Assembly (NCBI RefSeq): GCF_001194135.2
Contig: NC_068998.1
Coordinates: forward strand, 38,322,732-38,386,731
DNA length: 64,000 bases
Source of the DNA: Octopus bimaculoides
Lineage: Eukaryota
Reading direction: 5' to 3'
How positions within the stretch are numbered: position 1 is the stretch's first letter; each line of letters begins with the position of its first letter. The notes beneath the pieces are model-generated. The model searched no databases. It was given only the letters and a program-made list of their open reading frames with translations, and was not told the origin of the DNA. A program made the translations under genes and the position numbers. Shown one piece after another: positions 1 through 11,167 of the stretch.

Positions 1-1122
1 AACACAATTAATTATACTGCCATACTGTTCGAGTAGTAGGTGCAAAATTATTGAATTCCTAAATTTTACTTTGTGACATAACAACCCCATTATTGAGAAG
101 TTTTCAATACAAGTGAAGATTTTTGGTAAAAATATGACAGCTGTAAGTGCAGAGGACATCTTTAAATAACAAATAAGTTGATGAGATGAGACTTACATAT
201 CCTCTGTTCATTACAACAGTTCTTCGGACACCATAACAAATACATTAGTGACAGAATTTAAATGTTTCAAATAAAGCCTCAAGTGCTCAATGAAATAACT
301 TTATGAAGAGTCAATTATAAGCTGTTTAGTAAAATATATATTTACAATAACAAAATAAACCAGAAAATGTTCATTACTTGATACAAATAATTAGTGTTTA
401 GATAAGGTAAAACAAACAAAAATTTGAAATACTATCACCAAATTTACATACACACAGAAATATCTAGCAAACACAAAATCTAAAACTTACTAAAATATGC
501 AAGAATTAATTAATTAAAAAATTAATGTGTATTAATAAGGTTGATATTTTAGTAAAAAGGGGAAAGTATTAAATCTCATTTTTGAGAAGAGCTTCCTTTG
601 AATTATGCTAAATACTTTTAAGCATATTTATCTAAAACGGTTTCAAAATAAACATTAAGTAGACTTACAAATGAGAGTTGGAAGATAAATAAAGAATGTA
701 AGGTGAGTAGGTTAACACTACCGCTATAGAGAAAAATAAATCACAGACTCACAACAGGCTTCTTTTTCTTTCATCTCAAACAATATTTTTAAAAAATACA
801 GGTAATATAAAATAGGGGAAAGATAAAAGCAAATATTTCACAGCCAGGCAGGTGAAGTAGCATGAATCAATGGCTTTGGTTCCCACCACCCTGCTTTCCA
901 AATACATTCTACTATATGAGGTAAATTAAGGGGTGGAAAAAAATTAAAACTTCCTCAATGCAAAAGTGTGTGTGTAATAATAAATTAACGAGATGTAATA
1001 GGGGAGAATAATATTCATTTTAGGCAAACATTCTTGTCCAAAGAAGAAATAAGGTTTCAACCTTCAATATGGAGAACATTGCACTGTTAATGTAAAGAAG
1101 GAAAATAAATATAATTAATAAT

Positions 1123-1330
1123 TTCAAATTTTGGTGAAAGGCCAGCAAATTTTAGTGGGAGGGTTTAGGTTGATTATGTCAACCCCAGTACTTGACTGGT
1201 ACTTTATTTTATCGAGCCTGAAAGGATGAAAGGCAAAGTTGACCTCAAGGGATAGGAATTCAGAACAGCCAGAACAAATACCACAAACCATTTTGTTCCA
1301 ACGCTCTAACAATTCTGCCAGCTCGCCACC
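1123..1330 (-). mobile_element. tRNA-derived SINE, family C (central domain resembles Deu/Nin-type CTTTGCCTTTCATCCTTT...AGTACCAGT)
   Basis: Minus strand: GGTGGCGAGCTGGCAGAATTGTTAGA...TTCTGAATTCC...CTTTGCCTTTCATCCTTTC...AAAGTACCAGTC. Domain naming is from recall. Confidence 0.65.
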
Positions 1331-1332
<2 letters not shown>

Positions 1333-1376
<44 letters not shown>

Positions 1377-1400
1377 TAATAATGACAACAATAATGATAA
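1333..1400. repeat. (AAT)n microsatellite
   Basis: Direct reading. Confidence 0.95.
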
Positions 1401-1847
1401 CTTTAGTGAAGTAATACAAATGTATTCAAAAGGCATTTTCAAAAATAATGTTCATATAAGTTTGCCTTTAATAATTTATCAACTGCTTAAGATAGATTAG
1501 AAAAAGAAAAGAAATGTTATGTTAGATTGGGGTGGGGGAACACCTTAGGCAAAGAGAGAAACAGTTGTTAGTGACAACACAGAAGTGTTAAAGTTTAGTT
1601 TAACAGAAGCAGTTTAAGAACCAGACAGTACAATACACACTTTCACATGTTGGTCAATATACTAAAATTTTTTTGTTTTTACCACATGTGAAAAATAGTT
1701 TAAGAAGCCTCAGCATTCAATATTTACTATTTCACTGAACTAAGAGGAAATGAAATTAATAAAATCTTCCAAATATAGGAATACAAGGCTAATTATAGTA
1801 AATATTTAATATTCAAATAGCACTTATTTGCATGTATCCCATTTCCC

Positions 1848-2086
1848 TTAACCTGTGTGATACCAATACACACATGAGACTGCCTGTGGTTCAATAACAG
1901 AAATTTCCCCCCCTTTTAAAGTAATCTAAATTATATCATTCTTTCAAAATTTCGTGTTAAATTTATTTTTCAAACAGCAATTTAATAATGACAAAGCCAT
2001 TTCACTGAATTCATTATTTTCAAAATTAATTGAAAAACAGAAAAAGGCAGTGCATTTCAATAGAAACGTGAAATGAAAATGGTTAA
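1848..2086. mobile_element. Second MITE-like family with TTAACC...GGTTAA ends
   Basis: Short terminal inverted repeat and resemblance to a recalled octopus repeat; single copy here. Confidence 0.45.
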
Positions 2087-2330
2087 CGCCCAAATGAAGT
2101 TAGTTAAGTTAGTTTCACCACACACATATACACAGTAAAGGCTATGGTAATGAACACTGGAATAATTAACTAACCTAATTGGGTAATTAACTGCATGCAG
2201 CTAATAAGAATTCACTAATATTGTGTTACAAAATTAAACGGTCCAAATATGTCAGGCTAATTCCTTTAACTGACTTTGTGAAAACTAAGTGAAAGTTCCA
2301 TGACCACATTATAGAGGTTCACAACCTTTA

Positions 2331-2724
2331 TGCAGGTATGGCTGCGAGAGGAGCAGCATGCTTCCCAACCACCTGGTTCTGTGTTGTCCCACAGCATGGT
2401 ACCTTGTGCAACCGTCTTCTACTATAGCCATGGGCTGACCAAAGCCTTGTAGGTGGATTTGTAGATGGAAACTAAAAGAAGCCTGTGGTGTGTGTGTGTG
2501 TGCGTGCACACGTTTGTGTTCATCCCCCACCATCGCTTGACAGCCGATGTTGGTGTATTTACATCCCCCGTAACTTAGCAGTTTGGAAAAACAGACCGAC
2601 AGAATTAAGTATCAGGCTTAAAAAAAATAAGTAATGGGGTCACAATTCATTTGGCAAAAAATTCTTCAAGGTGGTGCCCCAGCATGGCTGCAGTCCAAAG
2701 ACTGAAACAAGTAAAAGAGAAGAG
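2331..2724 (+). mobile_element. tRNA-headed SINE, family A, near full length
   Basis: Head GGTATGGCTG..., core CCTTG.GCAA..GTCTTCTACTATAGCC, internal (TG)n, tail GACTGAAACAAGTAAAAGAG; recurs several times in the window. Confidence 0.85.
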
Positions 2725-3435
2725 ATAATTTGTTGGGCTGGTCAGTGAACACTCACTTGGTAATAAAGGAACAGGACATTTTGAACATTCACTTGCGACA
2801 AAGAAGGTGAACATTTTTTTTACAGATCCAGTTTTCAACAAGGTAGCTGAACATTTTAAGCATGCACCTACAACAGTGACTGGTTACTTTAAATGCCCCC
2901 TCCTACAATAAAGTAATTTGCCATTTTTAAACACCCACTTACAATAAAATGATTTGATATTTTCAACATCAACAGTAAATATTTGTTAAAGAAACAACAA
3001 AAACGTGTAGGACTCATAAAGACAATTAACAATCTGGACAGCAAACACAAGATGTATTAGCATAAATGTAATATTTTGGCTTGAAGATGTGCAAGTGTGC
3101 ATATATATAAATATATATATGGATATATATCTATGTATGTATGTAAATAAACACATACACACACACACATATATACACATACTAGTTTCTTAAATAAATA
3201 CAACGTTAGTAAGAATGTGTTAAAGAATAAAGGGAGGGAAGGTAGGTTCGTAGGTAAATCAGTGGGTAGTTAATTTAAATTAACCAATTATTATTATTAT
3301 TAAATAATGACTAACTGTTAAGGATTGACAAAACAAGTAATAATAGCCAGAATGAAAACTGTGCAAGCACCAGCAGCACTCACAAGTAGCAAGCAGCAGA
3401 GCAGCAGGTATTGCCATTAAATAAAGTATATTTAC

Positions 3436-3562
3436 CTATGTCTTGTTTAGCTAGCCGCTTTCTCTTGGCCAGCAAGGGCTGAACAGCTTCTACGCTATCT
3501 GGTGGGAATGATATTTCCTTCTTGGGTGGGAGTTGAGCATTTGGTACCATACCCCCAGGCTT
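3436..3562 (-). CDS. ARID1: ARID1 exon, 127 nt, phase 0-1: KPGGMVPNAQLPPKKEISFPPDSVEAVQPLLAKRKRLAKQDI
   Basis: Acceptor tttcgtctttttgtacag|AAG and donor ATAG|gtaaat. Matches ARID1A [30 protein letters not shown] (recalled). Not in the ORF track. Confidence 0.97.
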
Positions 3563-4324
3563 CTGTACAAAAAGACGAAAAGCAACCCATCATAGCTATA
3601 GGAAGATTAACAGCTGAATAAGCTTAAACAAATGATGATGGTTTGAAGATGACAGATGATACCACATTTTTCTTCCCTTTTCTAAAGAGTGTTATTGCAA
3701 AAGCAACGACTATTTTGCCTATGCCAATATCTATTCAGGTTAGAACAACTGTTAAAAAATTTATCAATAAAAAAAAAAAAGGAAAAAAAAAAAAGGAAAA
3801 TTAAAAAGTAAATTAAAAGATATCAGCCCTCTCCGATTTTTATTAATTATTCATGGAATAAATTAGTCTTAGAATATATGTATGTATATTCAGATGATTG
3901 GATTTTTTTTTTTTTAAAGCAATAAAATTTTTTGAAGTGAAAAAAATAAAAATAAAATTTTAAAAATTCAAAAAAGTGAACAAGATACGCAATAAGAACA
4001 GGGCGTACATTGAAGGAGGAATAAGAGACAAATAGAAGATTGGGGGTGACTAAGCAGAAGTCTCCTTCCAAACAGGGAAAGGTGGCGCAGTGGGCATTCC
4101 TGACAACAAGAAATTCTAAAAGGATAAGCAAATTTCTTACACAAGAACTAGGCTAACAATAATCGGTTTACGACATAAAATAATTACAGACCCACCCAGT
4201 CAACTAACACCAAGTTTATAATCAACAGTTGCTGCACATGAAAGCTACAGACAATGCATCAGTCCCTGTAAGGAGGACAAGGCTGGCATTAATAGGCGGC
4301 CAATGGCATTAACATCCAGCTTAC

Positions 4325-4345
4325 TGGTTGACCTGCTACAACTAA
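4325..4345 (-). CDS. ARID1: Candidate 21-nt microexon (LVVAGQP), phase 0-0
   Basis: gttctttttcctctgcttccttgaaacag|TTAGTTGTAGCAGGTCAACCA|gtaagc. Frame-preserving in a phase-0 intron; UGC at -16. No expression evidence available. Confidence 0.55.
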
Positions 4346-4564
4346 CTGTTTCAAGGAAGCAGAGGAAAAAGAACACATACAGCTATGAAAACTTTTTTCC
4401 ATTCAGTGGCATTAAGTAATTACTATGGCATCAACACCAGATTAATCTGACTAAATACAGGCTCAAAGCACATTGACCAATGAAGCTCAGTGGAATATGA
4501 TAAAACAATTCTTTGTCGAAAATAAAAATTGAAAAAATTAAAACAGAATACAACATTGCTGGTT

Positions 4565-4577
4565 AATAATAATAATC

Positions 4578-4632
<55 letters not shown>

Positions 4633-4655
4633 TGATGATGATAGTAATAATAATT
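4565..4655. repeat. (AAT)n/(GAT)n microsatellite
   Basis: Direct reading. Confidence 0.95.
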
Positions 4656-6778
4656 TTTAAAATAATAAGAATAAACATGGCAGAGCAGTTGAGGTGTTGC
4701 TTTGAAATACATATTTCAACTCTTTTTCACCCAGCATAACAAGTGTGGTAAGAGAAATCATCAAAAATACCCATTAAATCGTAAGTTGAAGAGTGGCAGT
4801 GAGAAAATTCCAAGGTAAGATTTAATCCGTAAGCATGGCTGCAAGTTGTAAATCGATGTTAAATATGTTTGAAGTGGTCACCTGAAGCACCGTGGAAAGG
4901 AGAGAATAGTGCACTATGTTGAAAAGGTATTGATAGGGGGAGAGAAAGAGAGGGAAAGAGGTACATACACACACACACACCCAGTGTCCAATAACACATG
5001 TACAGTACAGGAACATATAGAAACAAGATACTTAGAGGCTTACACATATGTACACATACATATACACAATACACACACATACACATACAGCTGAAAATAG
5101 AGAGGAACAAGAGGAAAACAAAAGGAGATAAGTGGGTGGAGGTGAACATAACCAGAGACGCAATGGGGTAAACAAGTGAAAACCACGATATTTTTAAGTT
5201 TGAGAAACTACTTTTATACCCACTGTATCTTTCTGCATATGCGAGGATTTTAAGCAAAAAGGTCTAAAATTAACATCAATTAAAAAAAAAAAAATTCAAG
5301 TTAGATTATATCAACATGAAAAATATTTCAAAATTGTACACTTAAATGTATGAAAATTATAATCAACCGATGTGTTGGACAATTGCATTGGATTCTAGAG
5401 CAATTACATTTCTTTGAATGGATAAGTAAAGTTATATAAGTAGCAATGAATGCAATACAAGATATTACAGTTATTTACAGATTAGGCAACTGTCATTTAA
5501 ATCCAATGCTCTTCAGATGATACACTAACAACTGGCTCAAAGCCAACTCAATATTTTGCAGTTGGGAGAAAGGTAAAAAGAAAAAAAAGAGGGCTGGCCA
5601 AATTGTCTAAAACAAATCATGGAGATGGCTGAAGTTTCAGAATCAAAACAGAATTCCAAACAGTTTCAAAAACGCAGAGTTTGAAGATATCTACAAGATA
5701 ATACTCAAGATCGTAATTAATTATTAAGATAACAATACATGGAATGCTTTTACTCTTTTGGGGAATCACTGAACAAACACACAAACTCTAAAACATGTAA
5801 GAGGGGGAGACAGAGGATGGATAATATGACAAAGTAGACAAATAAGACAGGTATAAGCATAAAGAATATTATCTGCAGCTTCTTTCTGAGACAACCACCT
5901 GCAGATAAAATGAACATTTAAGTTAGGAATTGAGAAAATTATAATGCACTTCCTTTTCATATTATCATTGAAATAGGATCATTTCACCAAGACACAGAAT
6001 AAATTAAATAACCAGCTTTTAGTAGTTTTATTGCAAAGTATAAACAAGAAAATTACTGAAATTAAAACAGAATATATCCCTATACACTAGATTTCATGTC
6101 CACAATATTATCAAGAATAAATGAACAAAGGAAAATTTAATCCTCTCAAAACATAAGAAAAACGTGCAAAGATGGGACGAGTAAAATAATACAAATTAAA
6201 AATAGGTGCTGATACTTGGTATTGTAACTAGAAGTTTTATAACTTTGGAGGAGAAAGAAAATAATAATTTCTAGTTAACAAGTGACTAAAAACAACTTAG
6301 AGCAAGGCTAGAGTAAGAACAACAGCCATATAGCATTGAAGCATTGTAGAGAGGCATGCTTAATATGACCACATCTGAGCATTTCCAATGTTGAAGTAAA
6401 AAAAAATTGATATCAGAGCAGAAGAGAATAATTATAAAATAATCCTGAGCAAAAATGGGAAAGTATAACAGTAAATGTTATATCTAGTAGAAAATTATCT
6501 TACCAACAAATTGGTAATTAGTTAAAATGTCGACAGAATAATTCAGTTTATGTACAAAACACTCAACTTCAATCATAATACTTTCATGCATTCATGCAGA
6601 AATTACAGTTTCCTCCAAAGACTCTGACCTGAATTCAATTCAAATAAGAAACACTAAACTATTTCATAGACTTTACTAAAGACAAAGAGGCTGAAAATAG
6701 GGGGTGGGGGGTGGAGATGAAAGAAGAAGAGGGGGTAGAATTAAGCAGAGGAGTAACATTGGAAAATATATAATTACA

Positions 6779-6912
6779 TCATATATATATATATATATAT
6801 ACATACATGCATATATACACTAAATTATGTACACACACATAAATCAATATTTATGTTTGTATATAACTATATCCCTAAATTTATACATACAAATATACAC
6901 ACACACATCCAT

Positions 6913-6968
<56 letters not shown>

Positions 6969-6997
6969 GCATGTACACACATATACATATATGAACA

Positions 6998-7039
<42 letters not shown>

Positions 7040-7223
7040 GATATATGTATGTATACACACAACACACAATTCTGTATAAATATATATACATGCATAAACA
7101 TACATACATGAGTATATGTAAGTATATATATATATATATATGCACAAACACATACACAAGTACATTCAAATAAACACACACATACATATACACACACACA
7201 CATAAGCACACATATGTATATAC
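6779..7223. repeat. Compound (TA)n/(TG)n/(CA)n array ending at a gap
   Basis: Direct reading; source of several spurious ORFs. Confidence 0.95.
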
Positions 7224-7924
7224 NNNNNNNNNNNNNNNNNNNNNNNNNNNNNNNNNNNNNNNNNNNNNNNNNNNNNNNNNNNNNNNNNNNNNNNNNNNNN
7301 NNNNNNNNNNNNNNNNNNNNNNNNNNNNNNNNNNNNNNNNNNNNNNNNNNNNNNNNNNNNNNNNNNNNNNNNNNNNNNNNNNNNNNNNNNNNNNNNNNNN
7401 NNNNNNNNNNNNNNNNNNNNNNNNNNNNNNNNNNNNNNNNNNNNNNNNNNNNNNNNNNNNNNNNNNNNNNNNNNNNNNNNNNNNNNNNNNNNNNNNNNNN
7501 NNNNNNNNNNNNNNNNNNNNNNNNNNNNNNNNNNNNNNNNNNNNNNNNNNNNNNNNNNNNNNNNNNNNNNNNNNNNNNNNNNNNNNNNNNNNNNNNNNNN
7601 NNNNNNNNNNNNNNNNNNNNNNNNNNNNNNNNNNNNNNNNNNNNNNNNNNNNNNNNNNNNNNNNNNNNNNNNNNNNNNNNNNNNNNNNNNNNNNNNNNNN
7701 NNNNNNNNNNNNNNNNNNNNNNNNNNNNNNNNNNNNNNNNNNNNNNNNNNNNNNNNNNNNNNNNNNNNNNNNNNNNNNNNNNNNNNNNNNNNNNNNNNNN
7801 NNNNNNNNNNNNNNNNNNNNNNNNNNNNNNNNNNNNNNNNNNNNNNNNNNNNNNNNNNNNNNNNNNNNNNNNNNNNNNNNNNNNNNNNNNNNNNNNNNNN
7901 NNNNNNNNNNNNNNNNNNNNNNNN
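7224..7924. other. Assembly gap (others: 10066-10090, 17986-18103, 21982-22128, 23443-23499, 27247-27393, 50992-51689, 56331-56340, 60683-60782, 61156-61165)
   Basis: Runs of N, mostly abutting dinucleotide repeats. The exon model is in frame without any exon from the gaps, but frame-neutral exons could hide there. Confidence 0.99.
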
Positions 7925-9756
7925 CCCCCTTTCTCTCTCTCACATCATTCACAAGCACGCATTTCAGATAGACTAGCTAGCAAAAGATGTTGAACAGTAG
8001 AGAGATCCTTGTGCTGCATAAAGGAAAAGAGAAGAAATAGAAAATGACTTATGCATAGCCTTGCTTTCATAAACCTCTTGCAGATTCTTTTAATGAGTAT
8101 AAAGTGAAATATGAAACTGAGTAAAAACTTCTTTTTTTTATTTATTTATTTATTTATTTATTTATAAAAGGGGGAAGTGCTGGTATAATTTAAATTTTTA
8201 TTGATAGATAAAGATAGAACATCTGCAAGAGTAGGATGAAAAGCAAAGTATACAGATATGCTCGGAATTAGAAATATATCTAGGCTGCTTGCAATAACTA
8301 GTTAATTGATCTTTAGTGAGAACAGCTCTTATAAAAGATGATTAGTGTTAACTTTTATGGCATAGTCATAGCTATTTCATGAACTGACAAAATATATTTG
8401 CTCTAATTGACTTAAATGAAGTGCCCAAGGAAAGGCGGAGGTGAACAAACAGATTAAAACAAAGGTTAACATATTTCCTCTGTCGGTTCATTTCCCCGTC
8501 GTTTCTTTTCTTGGACCTAGACTAACAATGTGCTTTAGTCAACTGAAATTAATAGGATGGTAATCACAATTCTGTAGGCAATAACAAAGAAAGTAGCTAA
8601 TTTGAAATGAATTAATGATAATTGAGACAAGATTTTTAGATTTTACCATTAACAAAGAGAAAGTCAATTAGAACAAATCTGATTAATCTCCTCATTGTAA
8701 TTAGAAAGATTATTTTTCAATATTAAAATCATTAGTTGTATTATATTAATAATTGCTTACAAGATTATAAAGATATTGCAATAATTAACATCTAAATAAT
8801 AGTAATTCACTACTTAAATGGCCTAATGAACATTTTACAAATCAATTAAAAATTAGGTTTTTTATATATATATATATTTACAGAAACTGATCATCACTAA
8901 AATATATAACAGGGTCAATGAAGGTCTTGGTAGCTATAGAAGAACGGGTACTTCATGAAAATAGCACCAAAAGTAAGTGCAAATATATTGCTTTTACATT
9001 TTCATAGTAAATCATCCAAAAACTACAACTGACTTTTTCATCTTTAAACAGATTTCTCAATTCAAGATAAAGGAAAATGTAAAAATTTACTTTGGAAAAT
9101 TACTCTGTTTCAAAAGGAAAGGGATAAAATTCAAACAAATATTTGTTTAGCTCTTTTTTTTTTTTCTTCATTTTCTTTTTTGGAAATCTTAGCAAATGCT
9201 TTAACACAATTTTGTTATGCTTTGTGTTTCATTGGTTAATATATTCAAGTTTTAATTATTTTAAATTGAAAAATGTGTTGTTTTATAAGTAAAAGAGGAT
9301 TTAATAGTGATGAAAAATGCCAATAGCAACAGCCAGGATCTAGCAGGCTTTTAAAGGAAGAGAAATAGCTGTGAATGGGTATATAACATGTGAAAAACAT
9401 TCACCACATTCCAAGAAAACAAACAGTATAGCTATGCTTTAAGATAATGAAAGTGTAATAAGCTAGTGAAATAATTTGCTGGATAGGTGAGTGAGCAAGT
9501 GATCGAGGACACACTGCAAAAGCAGACCTGGTGAGATGTGTGAGGTAGTTTACAGAAGACAGTGCATGCAGATGAAAATATAAGAAGCCACTGCAAATGA
9601 GTAGCAGAGAAAGCAGAGATTAAAAGCAAACTTCATACAGTCCATAGAGATAACTGAGAGCATGTCCAGTCAAATGAAGATGAAACTATGTCAGCTAAAT
9701 TTTCATTCTACAAATTTATTCCTTAAAGGAAATGAAATATCAAGTCATATGAGACT

Positions 9757-9757
<1 letters not shown>

Positions 9758-9794
<37 letters not shown>

Positions 9795-9795
9795 T
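9758..9795. repeat. (AGT)n microsatellite
   Basis: Direct reading. Confidence 0.95.
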
Positions 9796-10946
9796 CATCA
9801 TCAACAACTATAACAGTGAATTCAAACAGTAATGTCAGCTAAAGACAGGGCAACTAGCATTCTGTCCACCAAAAGTACGGTTACAGCCCAGTTCTAATTG
9901 TATCTGTCGTTCACTCGATATTACTTTGTGGGTAGACTAAACATTCATGCAGTTTTCAACATAAGGATTGGATAAAAGTCTAGCAGACAATGAGCCAGGA
10001 ACATCCAGAATCCAAGTTTGAAAATCTAGGCACACACAGACATACTCACTCACTCACTGCCCCCCNNNNNNNNNNNNNNNNNNNNNNNNNCCCACTGCAT
10101 TTGACCTCACTGAGTCCCATGCAAGCCAAAAACAAATTGTCAAGCCTGCAAATCCAAATGTAAAAATGTGCTGCCATGAGCTTTAACTCTAGAAAGTACC
10201 TAATCCAAAAAAGGTTTAAAACCAGCACACCTTAACTTGCGCGCACACTCACTTTCTAGCACCTAACACTAACAACTAAATCCAGTCTAAAACCATTAAT
10301 ATCATCCATGCACAAGACATGCTTACATGCAACAGCCCACGAATTTCAGAAATGAGGCTTTTGAATGGTGCAAATCGGAGGAAAAACTAAATGAAAAACA
10401 GGCTTAATTTTTTAAGGTGAAAAAAAAAAAAGATTGAAAAAGGAATCCAGTATGAAGCATTAAATCTACCTACTATTTCATGTTCATAACAATTTATAGA
10501 AAGAAAAAAATAATAATAATAATAATAAAGAATGCCATGTTGAGGAATATTGTGAATAATAAATACTGGTTTTTAAGCCAAGTTGGTTAAAGTGAAAAAC
10601 TCATTCTGATTGTTGTCAATGATGACTAAAATATACTAAGAGCTAGAGTCAGTTTATGAAGCAGCAGAAATATTGGAACTATGAGGATAAATTGATAGAT
10701 GTTATGAGCAAGGAATGTGCCACCATTTGAGCATAAGCTAACAGTAGAGGGACAGATGCCAGATTCCATTGCAAAACAGGTTTCAAATGCACAAATGACT
10801 AGTGAAAATTGGGTATTGGTTAATAAGTGATTCATGCTAGTTGACCTTCACCGCCATCACCACCAGCCACACATGCTAAAACTTCCAAAACAAAACAAGT
10901 TATTCTTTCCTGTGGATCATCGCTCTAATGGCCACACTGCACTCAC

Positions 10947-11167
10947 CTGTACCCTAGGAGGTGACATATATGGTTTATCCCTTTGTGGAGACAGCCTGGG
11001 GTTCATAGTCCTACCTGTGCTGCTCGGGCTGGGGGGAACCATTGGAGGAAGCATTCCAGAACCAGGAGGCATGGCATTCATACTGGAGCCAGGATAGTTG
11101 GATCCACTGTGTTGAGACCCATAGCGCTGCTGCATAGCTGACCACTGGCTAGGATCCCTTCGTGAAT
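10947..11167 (-). CDS. ARID1: ARID1 exon, 221 nt, phase 1-0: DSRRDPSQWSAMQQRYGSQHSGSNYPGSSMNAMPPGSGMLPPMVPPSPSSTGRTMNPRLSPQRDKPYMSPPRVQ
   Basis: Acceptor tttctttctcctgataatttactag|AT and donor CAG|gtgagt. RLSPQRDKPYM resembles ARID1A RTSPSKSPFL (recalled). Confidence 0.92.

Noticed and set aside
1-3435. Next ARID1 exon (expected W..MMSLKSGLLAESTWALD)
   Set aside because: Not found by eye on the minus strand; it should lie to the left of the window.
6844-7993. Long ORFs across (TA)/(TG)/(GA) arrays and N gaps (also near 17700-18200, 21900-22180, 27200-27660, 39260-39520, 50960-51750, 60500-61340)
   Set aside because: Translations are YIYI, CVCV, THTH, LSLS or X runs; artefacts of simple repeats and gaps.
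10253-10255. tag|AAA|gtgagt 3-nt pattern
   Set aside because: No pyrimidine tract upstream; illustrates the chance background for microexon-like patterns.
10850-10880. ttttag|HVWLVVMA|gtgaag 24-nt pattern
   Set aside because: Weak donor, would need a 70-nt intron, and the peptide is implausible here.
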